NCBI RefSeq assembly: GCF_016026235.1
Contig: NZ_CP065613.1
Strand: one strand, 5' to 3'
Source: Escherichia coli
GTDB taxonomy: Bacteria > Pseudomonadota > Gammaproteobacteria > Enterobacterales > Enterobacteriaceae
DNA length: 64,000 nucleotides
Both the position numbers and the translations under genes were made by a program. A model generated the notes under the pieces. It made no database searches and was not told the DNA's origin. It worked only from the letters and a program-made list of their open reading frames with translations. Shown piece by piece: positions 41,761 to 56,062 of the stretch. The first letter of the stretch is position 1. Each line of letters opens with the position of its first letter.

Positions 41761-43023
41761 ATGCCACATTCACTGTTCAGCACCGATACCGATCTCACCG
41801 CCGAAAATCTGCTGCGTTTGCCCGCTGAATTTGGCTGCCCGGTGTGGGTCTACGATGCGCAAATTATTCGTCGGCAGATTGCAGCGCTGAAACAGTTTGA
41901 TGTGGTGCGCTTTGCACAGAAAGCCTGTTCCAATATTCATATTTTGCGATTAATGCGTGAGCAGGGCGTGAAAGTGGATTCCGTCTCGTTAGGCGAAATA
42001 GAGCGTGCGTTGGCGGCGGGTTACAATCCGCAAACGCACCCCGATGATATTGTTTTTACGGCAGATGTTATCGATCAGGCGACGCTTGAACGCGTCAGTG
42101 AATTGCAAATTCCGGTGAATGCGGGTTCTGTTGATATGCTCGACCAACTGGGCCAGGTTTCGCCAGGGCATCGGGTATGGCTGCGCGTTAACCCGGGGTT
42201 TGGTCACGGACATAGCCAAAAAACCAATACCGGTGGCGAAAACAGCAAGCACGGTATCTGGTACACCGATCTGCCCGCCGCACTGGACGTGATACAACGT
42301 CATCATCTGCAGCTGGTCGGCATTCACATGCACATTGGTTCTGGCGTTGATTATGCCCATCTGGAACAGGTGTGTGGTGCTATGGTGCGTCAGGTCATCG
42401 AATTCGGTCAGGATTTACAGGCTATTTCTGCGGGCGGTGGGCTTTCTGTTCCTTATCAACAGGGTGAAGAGGCGGTTGATACCGAACATTATTATGGTCT
42501 GTGGAATGCCGCGCGTGAGCAAATCGCCCGCCATTTGGGCCACCCTGTGAAACTGGAAATTGAACCGGGTCGCTTCCTGGTAGCGCAGTCTGGCGTATTA
42601 ATTACTCAGGTGCGGAGCGTCAAACAAATGGGGAGCCGCCACTTTGTGCTGGTTGATGCCGGGTTCAACGATCTGATGCGCCCGGCAATGTACGGTAGTT
42701 ACCACCATATCAGTGCCCTGGCAGCTGATGGTCGTTCTCTGGAACACGCGCCAACGGTGGAAACCGTCGTCGCCGGACCGTTATGTGAATCGGGCGATGT
42801 CTTTACCCAGCAGGAAGGGGGAAATGTTGAAACCCGCGCCTTGCCGGAAGTGAAGGCAGGTGATTATCTGGTACTGCATGATACAGGGGCATATGGCGCA
42901 TCAATGTCATCCAACTACAACAGCCGTCCGCTGTTACCAGAAGTTCTGTTTGATAATGGTCAGGCGCGGTTGATTCGCCGTCGCCAGACCATCGAAGAAT
43001 TACTGGCGCTGGAATTGCTTTAA
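41761..43023 (+). CDS. lysA: Diaminopimelate decarboxylase, 420 aa
   Basis: Sequence and size match LysA; adjacent divergent lysR. Confidence 0.95.
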   Translation: MPHSLFSTDTDLTAENLLRLPAEFGCPVWVYDAQIIRRQIAALKQFDVVRFAQKACSNIHILRLMREQGVKVDSVSLGEIERALAAGYNPQTHPDDIVFTADVIDQATLERVSELQIPVNAGSVDMLDQLGQVSPGHRVWLRVNPGFGHGHSQKTNTGGENSKHGIWYTDLPAALDVIQRHHLQLVGIHMHIGSGVDYAHLEQVCGAMVRQVIEFGQDLQAISAGGGLSVPYQQGEEAVDTEHYYGLWNAAREQIARHLGHPVKLEIEPGRFLVAQSGVLITQVRSVKQMGSRHFVLVDAGFNDLMRPAMYGSYHHISALAADGRSLEHAPTVETVVAGPLCESGDVFTQQEGGNVETRALPEVKAGDYLVLHDTGAYGASMSSNYNSRPLLPEVLFDNGQARLIRRRQTIEELLALELL

Positions 43024-43029
43024 CTGCGG

Positions 43030-44061
43030 TTAGTCGCTGGTTGCATGATGACTTGCCTCCAGCGACGGAGTTGACACTGAATGACGACGTACCAGCGTCG
43101 GACTAAAGACATTAGTGATTTCCGGGAGAGGGCGATTATCCGCCAGCGCCAAAGCCAGTTCGGCAGCCTGGGTCGCCATCGTCACGATTGGGTAACGCAC
43201 GGTGGTCAGGCGCGGACGCACATAGCGTGACACCAGCACATCATCAAAGCCAATTAACGAAATCTCACCCGGTACATCAATACCATTATCATTGAGAACG
43301 CCCATCGCACCCGCCGCCATTGAATCGTTATAACAGGCTACCGCAGTGAAATTTCTTCCTCGTCCCAAAAGCTCGGTCATTGCCTGTTCGCCGCCGCTTT
43401 CGTCTGGTTCGCCAAATGTCACCAGCCGGTCATTGGCCGCAATACCACTTTCAGCAAGGGCATCGTAATACCCTTGCAGACGATCTTCGGCGTCAGAAAT
43501 AGAGTGGTTAGAGCACAGATAACCAATGCGGGTATGACCTTGCTGAATTAAATGACGCGTTGCCAGCCAGGCACCGTAACGATCGTCAAGAGCAATACAA
43601 CGGTTTTCAAAGCCAGGCAGGATACGGTTGATCAGCACCATACCGGGCATTTGTTTCATTAATGAGGCTAAATCGGCATCCGGGATCATTTTGGCATGGA
43701 CGACCAACGCAGCACAGCGATGGCGGATCAGTTGCTCAATAGCCTGACGCTCTTTTTGTTCGTTGTGGTAACCGTTGCCAATCAATAAGAAATTACCGGT
43801 GTGATAAGCCACCTGTTCGACCGCTTTCACCATTGCACCGAAAAACGGATCGGAAACATCACCAACGATCAGACCGACCGTTTCAGTGGTCTGCTGCGCC
43901 AGCGCACGGGCGTTGGCGTTCGGGTGATAGCTAAGAGACTCCATTGCACTATGCACAGCCAGCCGGGAAGCTTCGCTGGCTTTGGGTGAATTATTAATGA
44001 CGCGGGAAACGGTGGCGACTGAAACGCCTGCCAGTCGGGCTACATCCTTTATGGTCGCCAT
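43030..44061 (-). CDS. galR: Galactose repressor (LacI family), 343 aa
   Basis: MATIKDVARLAGVSVATVSRVINNSPKASEASR... LacI-type HTH; matches GalR. Confidence 0.95.
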   Translation of the reverse strand: MATIKDVARLAGVSVATVSRVINNSPKASEASRLAVHSAMESLSYHPNANARALAQQTTETVGLIVGDVSDPFFGAMVKAVEQVAYHTGNFLLIGNGYHNEQKERQAIEQLIRHRCAALVVHAKMIPDADLASLMKQMPGMVLINRILPGFENRCIALDDRYGAWLATRHLIQQGHTRIGYLCSNHSISDAEDRLQGYYDALAESGIAANDRLVTFGEPDESGGEQAMTELLGRGRNFTAVACYNDSMAAGAMGVLNDNGIDVPGEISLIGFDDVLVSRYVRPRLTTVRYPIVTMATQAAELALALADNRPLPEITNVFSPTLVRRHSVSTPSLEASHHATSD

Positions 44062-44274
44062 GAAAATACCTTAGTGGGTAAACGCTTACATTCTTTCAGT
44101 GTTACGGAAAACGCCCGTTGGTTCAAGGGGTGGCGTGTTTTCATCGTGGGAATGTGAGCCAAACGCAAATAAGTAAGACAAAAAAAGAGATTGCAAACCT
44201 TTGGTTACACTTTGCGAAACGCTGTTGCGATTGACCGCTGGTGGCGTTTGGCTTCAGGTTGCTAAAGTGGTGAT

Positions 44275-44357
44275 CCCAGAGGTATTGATAGGTGAAGTCA
44301 ACTTCGGGTTGAGCACATGAATTACACCAGCCTGCGCAGATGCGCAGGTTTTTTTTT
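44275..44357 (+). ncRNA. omrB: OmrA/OmrB-family small RNA, copy 1 (probably OmrB by length)
   Basis: Starts CCCAGAGGTATTGATAGGTGA (conserved Omr 5' end), ends in hairpin CCTGCGCAGATGCGCAGG plus T9; lies between galR and aas. Confidence 0.8.
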
Positions 44358-44471
44358 GCCGGTCATCAATCTGTAACAGTAACCGACAATTTACACACCT
44401 CGTTGCATTTCCCTTCATTCCTTTGCGTTTTCTCGCTGGCGAAGAGTCGTCGTGCAGACCACAATCAAGAT

Positions 44472-44559
44472 CCCAGAGGTATTGATTGGTGAGATTATTC
44501 GGTACGCTCTTCGTACCCTGTCTCTTGCACCAACCTGCGCGGATGCGCAGGTTTTTTTT
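44472..44559 (+). ncRNA. omrA: OmrA/OmrB-family small RNA, copy 2 (probably OmrA by length)
   Basis: Starts CCCAGAGGTATTGATTGGTGA, ends in hairpin CCTGCGCGGATGCGCAGG plus T8; shares 5' and 3' ends with copy 1 but differs in the middle. Confidence 0.8.
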
Positions 44560-44625
44560 CGCACCTAATTTACTGTCGCTCGCGTTCTTTATCTCGTGTA
44601 ATCTCCCTCCATTCGCTTTTACTGA

Positions 44626-47992
<3,367 letters not shown>

Positions 47993-47997
47993 TATTT

Positions 47998-48019
47998 AAC
48001 GCCGGTTTGAACCGGCGTT
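47998..48019. terminator. Bidirectional hairpin between convergent lplT and tas
   Basis: AACGCCGGTT-TG-AACCGGCGTT palindrome between the two stop codons. Confidence 0.5.
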
Positions 48020-48023
48020 AATC

Positions 48024-49064
48024 TTATGGTGCAGGATAAGTATAAACCTGATGCACCGCTTCAATTTCAGCTAAAACTTCTTCGCTCAACTCCAGATGCA
48101 AACTTTCGACGTTAGTTTTCAGCTGCTCCATCGTGGTTGCGCCCAGCAGAGTGCTGGCAACAAACGGTTGACGGCGTACAAAAGCGAGCGCCAGCTGAGC
48201 AGGATCCAGCCCATGACGTCTGGCAATATCAACATACGCCGCGACGGCTTTTTGCGTTTGCTCACCGCTATAGCGGGTGAACCGACTAAAGAGCGTATTA
48301 CGTGCGCCAGCGGGTTTTGCACCGTTGAGATATTTCCCGGTCAGCGTGCCGAAACCCAGGCACGAATAGGCCAGCAGTTCGACCCCTTCATACTGGCTGA
48401 CTTCTGCCAGACCTACTTCAAAACTGCGGTTTAACAGACTGTAAGGGTTCTGAATGGTGACAATACGCGGCAGATCGTGTTTGTCCGCCAGATGCAGGTA
48501 GCGCATTACGCCAAATGCAGTTTCGTTCGACACGCCGATATAACGAATTTTTCCCGCTCGTTGGTACTCTGCCAGTGCGTCCAGCGTATCCAGCAGCGAA
48601 ACCGCAGGCGCAGAATCTGTCCAGCTATAACCGAGTTTGCCGAAGCAGTTGGTTGGGCGCTGCGGCCAGTGCACCTGATAAAGATCGAGGTAATCAGTCT
48701 GCAGACGCTTGAGGCTGTCATGCAACGCTTCGCGGATATTCTTCCGATCCAGCGCCTGATCCGGGCGGATGCCCTTGTCATTATTGCGCGACGGTCCGCT
48801 CACTTTGGAGGCGATAATTAACTTTTCGCGGCTGCCATGTTTCGCCAGCCAGTTGCCGACGTAGGTTTCGGTTAACCCTTGCGTTTCGGGGCGCGGAGGT
48901 ACTGGGTACATTTCGGCAACGTCGATAAGGTTAATGCCCTGAGCGACGGCATAGTCGAGTTGTGCGTGGGCGTCGGCTTCGCTGTTCTGTTCACCAAACG
49001 TCATCGTGCCAAGCCCCAGCGTGCTGACTTCCAGCGAACTGTGGGGTATACGGTGATATTGCAT
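48024..49064 (-). CDS. tas: Aldo-keto reductase, 346 aa (start MQYHRIPHSSL)
   Basis: Matches Tas; the track ORF extends artificially upstream into IS4. Confidence 0.9.
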   Translation of the reverse strand: MQYHRIPHSSLEVSTLGLGTMTFGEQNSEADAHAQLDYAVAQGINLIDVAEMYPVPPRPETQGLTETYVGNWLAKHGSREKLIIASKVSGPSRNNDKGIRPDQALDRKNIREALHDSLKRLQTDYLDLYQVHWPQRPTNCFGKLGYSWTDSAPAVSLLDTLDALAEYQRAGKIRYIGVSNETAFGVMRYLHLADKHDLPRIVTIQNPYSLLNRSFEVGLAEVSQYEGVELLAYSCLGFGTLTGKYLNGAKPAGARNTLFSRFTRYSGEQTQKAVAAYVDIARRHGLDPAQLALAFVRRQPFVASTLLGATTMEQLKTNVESLHLELSEEVLAEIEAVHQVYTYPAP

Positions 49065-49148
49065 AGCCGTTTCCTTTTTATAATCACGACATAAGGAATA
49101 TAAAAATGGCAGAGGGAAGGGAAAAGGGAAAGAGAAAAATCTTAAGGC

Positions 49149-49161
49149 CAGCCGGATGCTG
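49149..49161. repeat. IS4 target-site duplication, left copy (CAGCCGGATGCTG)
   Basis: 13-bp direct repeat flanking IS4, identical to 50588..50600. Confidence 0.7.
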
Positions 49162-50587
49162 TAATGCCAGTCAGTTAAGCAACTGACTGGCTCTTTTTCG
49201 GGGCTGTGGGGTATTTCCAGGGCCTCTCCTTTACCACTCTCGGGAAGGCCCTTCCCCTTCTCGTCGGTAATTTCACAAGTTGTCCCATACTTGCAAGATC
49301 GCGCATCAGCTCCGGTATACGTCCCGGTGAAGCGCCCTGCAATGTCATCAGCATTCTCATCACCATTCCGCATGATTCTGAGAAACTCAGTTGATTCGGC
49401 CAGTAACCTTTCAGATGTTCCGCCATTTTAATCATCTGATATCTCACCAGATTATAAGCCAGTAAGACACCCCACAGCTCTTGCTCCACAAGCTCCGGCT
49501 TTTTACTTCTCAGCGTCAGCCTGCTCAGTTGCATCGTCTGTTTTATCTCCCTGTATCCCAGTTCGATTTCCCAGCGATGACTGTACAGATCCGCCATTTC
49601 TCCTCCGGGGAAGCGCATGGCGTCCGTCATCGACGTCAGCAGATGGCAGACTTTTCCTTTGCGCGTCACGGTCAGCAGGCGGGCTGTCACTTCATTTCCC
49701 AGTCCCGGCCACTTTTTTCGTGCCTGCGGGCTGGTTTTCAGCTTCACCAGATGATCGCCTTTACCCAGTTTTCTGAGCTCTTCATATTGCGCTCCCTTTC
49801 TGAGAGGTATCATCCAGTGGCGGTGTTCTCCCGCCAGGCTCCAGGCATTTAACAGTCCCAGTGAGTAATAACCTTTATCCATTAACGTCAGAGTGTTATC
49901 GCCGGTTTGTTCTATAAGTTGCTCAGCAAGCTCATTTTCGCTGTTCTTCATCGTGCCGAAGGCTGCAGCCGTCAGCAGATGGCTGGTCAGTTCCATCTGG
50001 CAGACCATTTTGACCTGCGGGTAGAGCGCCGGGTTCCCGGCATGTGTCTGGCGGGGGAAGGCTGCATCGTTCTCTGGTGTATCCGGTGTGCGCCAGAACA
50101 CACCATCGATGGCCAGCAGGGTCAGGCCGCACCAGTGCGGATGCGGCGTGGCGTTATGCCAGAGCTGCGCTGTTTTCGTGAACACGCGGCGGACAGCCTC
50201 ACTTCCCAGGCGCTGGCGGGCCTGAATAACGGCACTGGGGGCAACGAAGGGGCGATTGCCCGGCAGCATGATGTCCAGGCGATTCACAATCTGGTGAAGA
50301 GGTTCTTTACGCTCAAGCGCCATGCCAACAATACACCAGACCATCATTTCGAGGGGAAGACGGCGCTTGCGTAGCGTTACAGTACCTGATTCGGCAAGGC
50401 AACGAGAGATGAGTTCGGGGTCGAGGTAATCCCCCAGAGAAGTCAGTGGGTTACGCAGAGAATCGTAACGGGATACCAGATCAAGAGCCTGTCCAATGTG
50501 CATAAAAAAATCCGGAAACAAGTGAGCGTTTCCGGATTCTTACACAGCCACTGGATCGGTCAACTGATCCTTAACTGATCGGCATTA
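49162..50587 (-). mobile_element. IS4 (1426 bp)
   Basis: Terminal inverted repeats TAATGCCAGTCAGTTAAG (left) and CTTAACTGATCGGCATTA (right); encodes the IS4 transposase; flanked by a 13-bp direct repeat. Confidence 0.9.
49175..50503 (-). CDS. insG: IS4 transposase InsG, 442 aa (start [10 protein letters not shown])
   Basis: Sequence recognised as IS4 InsG. Confidence 0.9.
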   Translation of the reverse strand: MHIGQALDLVSRYDSLRNPLTSLGDYLDPELISRCLAESGTVTLRKRRLPLEMMVWCIVGMALERKEPLHQIVNRLDIMLPGNRPFVAPSAVIQARQRLGSEAVRRVFTKTAQLWHNATPHPHWCGLTLLAIDGVFWRTPDTPENDAAFPRQTHAGNPALYPQVKMVCQMELTSHLLTAAAFGTMKNSENELAEQLIEQTGDNTLTLMDKGYYSLGLLNAWSLAGEHRHWMIPLRKGAQYEELRKLGKGDHLVKLKTSPQARKKWPGLGNEVTARLLTVTRKGKVCHLLTSMTDAMRFPGGEMADLYSHRWEIELGYREIKQTMQLSRLTLRSKKPELVEQELWGVLLAYNLVRYQMIKMAEHLKGYWPNQLSFSESCGMVMRMLMTLQGASPGRIPELMRDLASMGQLVKLPTRRGRAFPRVVKERPWKYPTAPKKSQSVA

Positions 50588-50600
50588 CAGCCGGATGCTG
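50588..50600. repeat. IS4 target-site duplication, right copy (CAGCCGGATGCTG)
   Basis: Identical to 49149..49161. Confidence 0.7.
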
Positions 50601-50610
50601 ACCTTATTTG

Positions 50611-50829
50611 TTAACGTTCAATAATTTGCGAAACATCATCACGGTTAATTTGCATCGCGTTACCTTGCTGATCGTGATAACTCACCAGCCCGGTATCATC
50701 ATCAATTTCAGGTTTTCCATCGGTCAAAATCATACGGCCATCTTTGGTCGCCATGACGTAATCACTGGAACACCCGGAAACAGCAAACGCCAGTCCGACT
50801 GCAGAAATTATTACTGCCCATTTTTTCAT
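50611..50829 (-). CDS. ygdR: Small lipoprotein, 72 aa
   Basis: [23 protein letters not shown]... lipobox; synteny. Confidence 0.85.
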
Positions 50830-50966
50830 CCGGTTATCCTCATTTGGCCCACCTATGATAATAGTCTGTTTATAAACTGACGTTATATATCTTGAAAGCA
50901 GGAAAATCTTAAACTGTGAGGGTAACAGGAGTGAGTACGCCCTCCCGCAGGAGAGCGTACGGAGTA

Positions 50967-51680
50967 TCAGAGCGGGTTCTTTTTGTTGCGAATCAGGTTG
51001 AGGCTTTCAACCGCAATAGAGAAGAACATCGCGAAGTAGATGTAACCTTTCGGTACGTGGATGTCGAAACTTTCCAGAATCAGGGTAAAGCCCACCAGAA
51101 TCAGGAAAGAGAGCGCCAGCATTTTTACCGAAGGATGGCGTTCGACAAAATCACCAATCGAGCGCGCGGCGAACATCATCACGCCTACGGCAATCACCAC
51201 GGCTGCCATCATAATAAACAGGTGATCTGACAGACCCACAGCGGTAATCACCGAGTCGAGGCTGAAGATAATATCCAGTAGCATAATCTGCACGATAGCG
51301 CCGAGGAATGATGAAACGCGTGTTTTCAGCCCTTCTTCTTCACCTTCAATGGATTCGTGGATTTCCTTGCTGGCTTTCCAGATAAGGAACAAGCCACCCA
51401 GAAGCAGAATCAAATCACGGGCAGAAATTTCCTGACTGAATATTGTAAAAAGCGGATTTGTCAGGCGCGTAACCCAGGCGATTGATGCCAGCAGCGCCAG
51501 ACGCATAACCATGGCTCCCGCCAACCCCAGACGGCGCGCATGAGCACGTTGTGCTGTGGGAAGCTTTGCCACCACCAGAGAAAGGAAAATAATATTGTCG
51601 ATCCCAAGAACGATCTCCAGCAGCGTCAGCGTACCGAGCGCAAGCCAGGCGTTAGGATCGGTTATCCATGCAAATAACAT
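50967..51680 (-). CDS. ygdQ: TerC-family inner-membrane protein, 237 aa
   Basis: Hydrophobic profile; synteny. Confidence 0.9.
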
Positions 51681-51748
51681 CTAAAAAGCCCTGCCAAAAA
51701 AATGAAGCGGTAATTATATGCCCGGAAAGCGGCAGGTCAAAGCGATGG

Positions 51749-52438
51749 CTACTGGATCAGAAAATGACGGGCCAGCAGCGCACTGGTGAAATTTTTCTTC
51801 AAATAAAAGCCGCGCGGCAGCGTCAGAATCCGTTCGCCCCGGGCACCAATGGCTTCGGTAAGCGCTTTCGCATTCGCTGCTTTCGGTCGTATCTGTAAAT
51901 ACTCCCCGTGACGAGCGGTAATCCGCTCAACCTGACCGAGAACAATCATATCCATTAATTCTTCCCAGTCTTCGCGTAGCTGCCGGTCTTCCTCTTCATT
52001 CGGGCTCCACAGCAACGGTGATCCTACGCGACGCTGCGCCAGCGGGATGCTGCGCTCGCCTTCAACCGGTATCCACAGTACGCGTTTGAGTTTGTGGCGC
52101 ACGTGGCTGGTTTCCCAGGTCACCCCGCTATTGCCCGTTAACGGGGCAACACAAACGAATGTTGTTTCCAGCGGACGACCAAGACTATCCACAGGGATAG
52201 TTTTAAGTTCCACGCCCAGAGCAGCAAAATCTTGCTCAGGTTTACTCCCTGCGCTGGCACCTAGCCAGATCTCCAGTAACACGCCAATCCAGCCCTTATC
52301 GCGTTTTAAATTCTCTGGCGTAACCAGCCCGGCAAGTGCCGCCAGTTCTCCCAATGTATAACCAGAAAGTTGCTGTGCTTGCGCTAACAACTGTTCTTCA
52401 GTTTCGGGAGGAGAGAGCAGTGGGCGAGGTTGGGACAT
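51749..52438 (-). CDS. mutH: Methyl-directed mismatch repair endonuclease, 229 aa
   Basis: Sequence and size match MutH. Confidence 0.95.
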
Positions 52439-52623
52439 GTCATGATACCTTGGTTAAAAAACAAACAGCAATTATGTGCCGAATATTCGCAGTGTAACTT
52501 TTTCCACATGCGTTGTTCAATTCTCTGATTTATATTGCTTTTTAGGTTACCGGTAATCGAGTTGCGCAACACTGCAACGGGTTTTCCAAATCTGGTCACT
52601 GAAAATAAACAGGATCTTACACC

Positions 52624-52770
52624 ATGTTATCCACAGAAAGCTGGGATAACTGTGAAAAACCTCCACTACTGTTTCCATTTACAGCCTTGACGTGCGACGA
52701 AACTCCAGTTTTTAGTGGTTCAGTGCTTAACTTAGTGGCACATTCTGTGGATAAATACGGCATTGGTTGA
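52624..52770 (+). CDS. ygdT: Small ORF, 48 aa (MLSTESWDNCEKPPLLFPFTALTCDETPVFSGSVLNLVAHSVDKYGIG), possibly ygdT; below the ORF-track size cutoff
   Basis: ATG-to-TGA ORF in the mutH-rppH interval where K-12 has a small ygdT; no functional evidence. Confidence 0.45.
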   Translation: MLSTESWDNCEKPPLLFPFTALTCDETPVFSGSVLNLVAHSVDKYGIG

Positions 52771-53122
52771 TCTTTCGCCAACCCGTAAATGAGAGGTGTG
52801 ACCTGGGTCACGAATTACTCTTTTTCATTACTCAAATTACATGTAATGCATTGACTAATAATGAATATTTTAAAATGTCTATATCGGGATTATTCAGAAT
52901 GCTCCGGGTTTTCCCGTAGTAATTCCGTAGTTCTTCACAACTCTATCCACAGAAAAGGTGAATAAAAACGGCTATCCACCCCTTCCTCTGTTTATAACTC
53001 TGCACATAACTGTGAGTTATTCAATTGTTATTAGTGTGTAATGCCCTGCAGAGAGTGGTTTACCGTCTTCCTGGAGTATGAAACAATCATTCGTATATAA
53101 AGCTTTATATTGAGGTAGTCCG

Positions 53123-53653
53123 GTGATTGATGACGATGGCTACCGCCCAAACGTAGGTATCGTGATTTGTAATCGCCAGGGGCAGGTAATGTGGGCCCGG
53201 CGATTTGGTCAGCACTCCTGGCAATTTCCGCAAGGCGGAATTAACCCCGGAGAATCCGCAGAGCAGGCGATGTACCGTGAATTGTTTGAAGAAGTAGGAT
53301 TAAGCCGCAAAGACGTTCGAATCCTTGCTTCAACGCGTAACTGGTTGCGCTACAAATTACCGAAACGTTTGGTGCGTTGGGACACGAAGCCGGTTTGTAT
53401 CGGCCAAAAACAAAAATGGTTTCTCTTGCAGCTGGTGAGCGGCGATGCAGAAATCAATATGCAAACCAGCAGTACACCAGAGTTTGACGGCTGGCGATGG
53501 GTAAGTTACTGGTATCCGGTCAGACAGGTGGTGTCATTTAAACGTGATGTCTACCGTAGGGTAATGAAAGAGTTCGCGAGTGTGGTGATGTCACTGCAGG
53601 AAAATACGCCAAAACCACAAAACGCATCTGCTTATCGACGTAAAAGAGGTTAA
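53123..53653 (+). CDS. rppH: RNA pyrophosphohydrolase (Nudix), 176 aa, GTG start
   Basis: Nudix box [22 protein letters not shown]. Confidence 0.95.
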
Positions 53654-53665
53654 GTCACGCCAATT

Positions 53666-55912
53666 ATGCTCACTCGCCTGCGCGAAATAGTCGAAAAGGT
53701 AGCCAGCGCACCACGCCTGAATGAGGCGTTAAATATTCTGGTTACCGACATCTGTCTTGCGATGGATACCGAGGTCTGTTCGGTCTACCTGGCCGATCAT
53801 GATCGACGTTGTTACTACCTGATGGCGACCCGGGGGCTGAAAAAACCACGCGGTCGCACTGTAACGCTTGCGTTTGATGAAGGGATCGTCGGCCTGGTTG
53901 GCAGGCTGGCGGAACCGATAAACCTTGCAGATGCGCAAAAGCACCCCAGCTTCAAATACATCCCCTCCGTAAAAGAAGAGCGTTTCCGCGCGTTTTTAGG
54001 CGTACCAATTATTCAACGTCGCCAGTTGCTTGGTGTACTGGTGGTACAGCAACGAGAGTTGCGCCAGTATGACGAAAGTGAAGAATCCTTCCTGGTGACG
54101 CTTGCCACCCAGATGGCAGCGATTCTTTCTCAGTCGCAGTTGACTGCCTTGTTTGGGCAATATCGCCAGACGCGAATCCGCGCATTACCGGCAGCACCTG
54201 GTGTGGCGATTGCCGAAGGCTGGCAGGATGCCACGTTACCTTTAATGGAACAGGTGTATCAGGCATCAACGCTGGATCCGGCTCTGGAACGCGAACGACT
54301 GACCGGGGCGCTGGAAGAAGCGGCAAACGAGTTTCGCCGCTACAGCAAACGCTTTGCCGCCGGTGCACAAAAAGAAACGGCGGCTATTTTCGATCTTTAC
54401 TCGCACCTGCTTTCGGACACCCGGCTGCGTCGCGAATTGTTTGCCGAGGTTGATAAAGGCTCGGTGGCAGAGTGGGCGGTAAAAACGGTCATTGAAAAAT
54501 TTGCCGAACAGTTTGCCGCGCTAAGCGATAACTATCTCAAAGAGCGCGCTGGCGATTTACGTGCGCTGGGTCAGCGATTGCTGTTTCATCTTGATGACGC
54601 TAATCAAGGGCCGAACGCCTGGCCGGAACGTTTCATTCTGGTGGCAGATGAACTGTCAGCGACAACTCTTGCTGAGCTGCCCCAGGATCGCTTAGTGGGT
54701 GTTGTCGTGCGAGATGGCGCAGCCAACTCCCATGCTGCGATCATGGTACGTGCGCTGGGGATCCCTACCGTGATGGGCGCGGATATTCAGCCTTCGGTGC
54801 TGCATCGTAGGACGCTGATCGTTGATGGCTATCGCGGTGAATTGCTGGTCGATCCGGAGCCGGTACTGCTGCAAGAATATCAGCGGCTAATTAGTGAAGA
54901 GATTGAGCTTAGCCGTCTGGCGGAAGATGACGTCAATTTACCCGCGCAGTTAAAAAGCGGTGAGCGTATAAAAGTCATGCTCAATGCTGGTTTAAGCCCG
55001 GAACATGAAGAAAAACTGGGCAGCCGTATTGATGGCATCGGTCTTTATCGCACTGAAATCCCATTCATGCTGCAAAGTGGTTTCCCGTCGGAAGAAGAAC
55101 AGGTGGCGCAGTATCAGGGGATGCTGCAAATGTTCAATGATAACCCCGTCACCTTGCGTACGCTGGATGTCGGAGCAGATAAGCAGCTGCCTTACATGCC
55201 GATCAGCGAAGAGAATCCATGCCTGGGTTGGCGTGGGATTCGCATTACGCTCGATCAGCCGGAGATCTTCTTGATCCAGGTGCGGGCGATGCTGCGTGCT
55301 AATGCCGCTACGGGCAACCTGAATATTCTGTTGCCGATGGTCACCAGCCTCGATGAAGTTGATGAAGCACGCCGCCTGATTGAACGTGCCGGACGTGAAG
55401 TCGAGGAGATGATCGGTTACGAAATTCCCAAACCACGTATCGGCATCATGCTGGAAGTGCCGTCAATGGTATTTATGCTGCCGCATCTGGCAAAGCGGGT
55501 CGATTTCATCTCTGTTGGCACCAACGATCTGACTCAATACATTCTGGCCGTTGATCGCAACAATACCCGGGTGGCGAACATTTATGACAGTCTTCATCCT
55601 GCAATGTTACGAGCTCTGGCGATGATCGCCCGGGAAGCGGAAATACATGGTATCGATCTCCGTTTGTGCGGTGAAATGGCGGGCGATCCCATGTGCGTGG
55701 CAATCCTCATTGGGCTTGGGTATCGCCATCTGTCTATGAACGGACGTTCTGTAGCGCGGGTAAAATACCTGCTGCGGCGCATTGATTTTGCCGAAGCAGA
55801 AAATCTTGCGCAGCGTAGTCTGGAAGCGCAACTGGCGACCGAAGTTCGTCATCAGGTTGCAGCCTTTATGGAGCGTCGTGGCATGGGCGGGCTGATTCGC
55901 GGAGGGTTATAG
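53666..55912 (+). CDS. ptsP: PTS enzyme I-Ntr (GAF domain plus EI), 748 aa
   Basis: Size and synteny downstream of rppH. Confidence 0.95.
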   Translation: MLTRLREIVEKVASAPRLNEALNILVTDICLAMDTEVCSVYLADHDRRCYYLMATRGLKKPRGRTVTLAFDEGIVGLVGRLAEPINLADAQKHPSFKYIPSVKEERFRAFLGVPIIQRRQLLGVLVVQQRELRQYDESEESFLVTLATQMAAILSQSQLTALFGQYRQTRIRALPAAPGVAIAEGWQDATLPLMEQVYQASTLDPALERERLTGALEEAANEFRRYSKRFAAGAQKETAAIFDLYSHLLSDTRLRRELFAEVDKGSVAEWAVKTVIEKFAEQFAALSDNYLKERAGDLRALGQRLLFHLDDANQGPNAWPERFILVADELSATTLAELPQDRLVGVVVRDGAANSHAAIMVRALGIPTVMGADIQPSVLHRRTLIVDGYRGELLVDPEPVLLQEYQRLISEEIELSRLAEDDVNLPAQLKSGERIKVMLNAGLSPEHEEKLGSRIDGIGLYRTEIPFMLQSGFPSEEEQVAQYQGMLQMFNDNPVTLRTLDVGADKQLPYMPISEENPCLGWRGIRITLDQPEIFLIQVRAMLRANAATGNLNILLPMVTSLDEVDEARRLIERAGREVEEMIGYEIPKPRIGIMLEVPSMVFMLPHLAKRVDFISVGTNDLTQYILAVDRNNTRVANIYDSLHPAMLRALAMIAREAEIHGIDLRLCGEMAGDPMCVAILIGLGYRHLSMNGRSVARVKYLLRRIDFAEAENLAQRSLEAQLATEVRHQVAAFMERRGMGGLIRGGL

Positions 55913-56062
55913 CGCGGATCATATACATATCTTTTAACGGTATCCGGCAACCAGCCAGGTCCCCTTGTGCTATTATTCGCACCTTTGGAGCGCCTGAAAC
56001 CTGCGGCGCGCATTTCAATCGCTGTTCTCTTTCAGCGAAATAACAAGAACTTGTGGTGACAG

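Noticed and set aside
48024-49373. 449-aa track ORF extending tas upstream across the IS4 end
   Set aside because: The extension reads through the IS4 terminal repeat and has no homology; the tas start at 49064 gives the expected 346-aa protein.
52798-52811. Short palindrome GTGACC-TG-GGTCAC upstream of rppH
   Set aside because: Only 6-bp arms and no adjacent T-run or recognisable operator consensus; could easily occur by chance.
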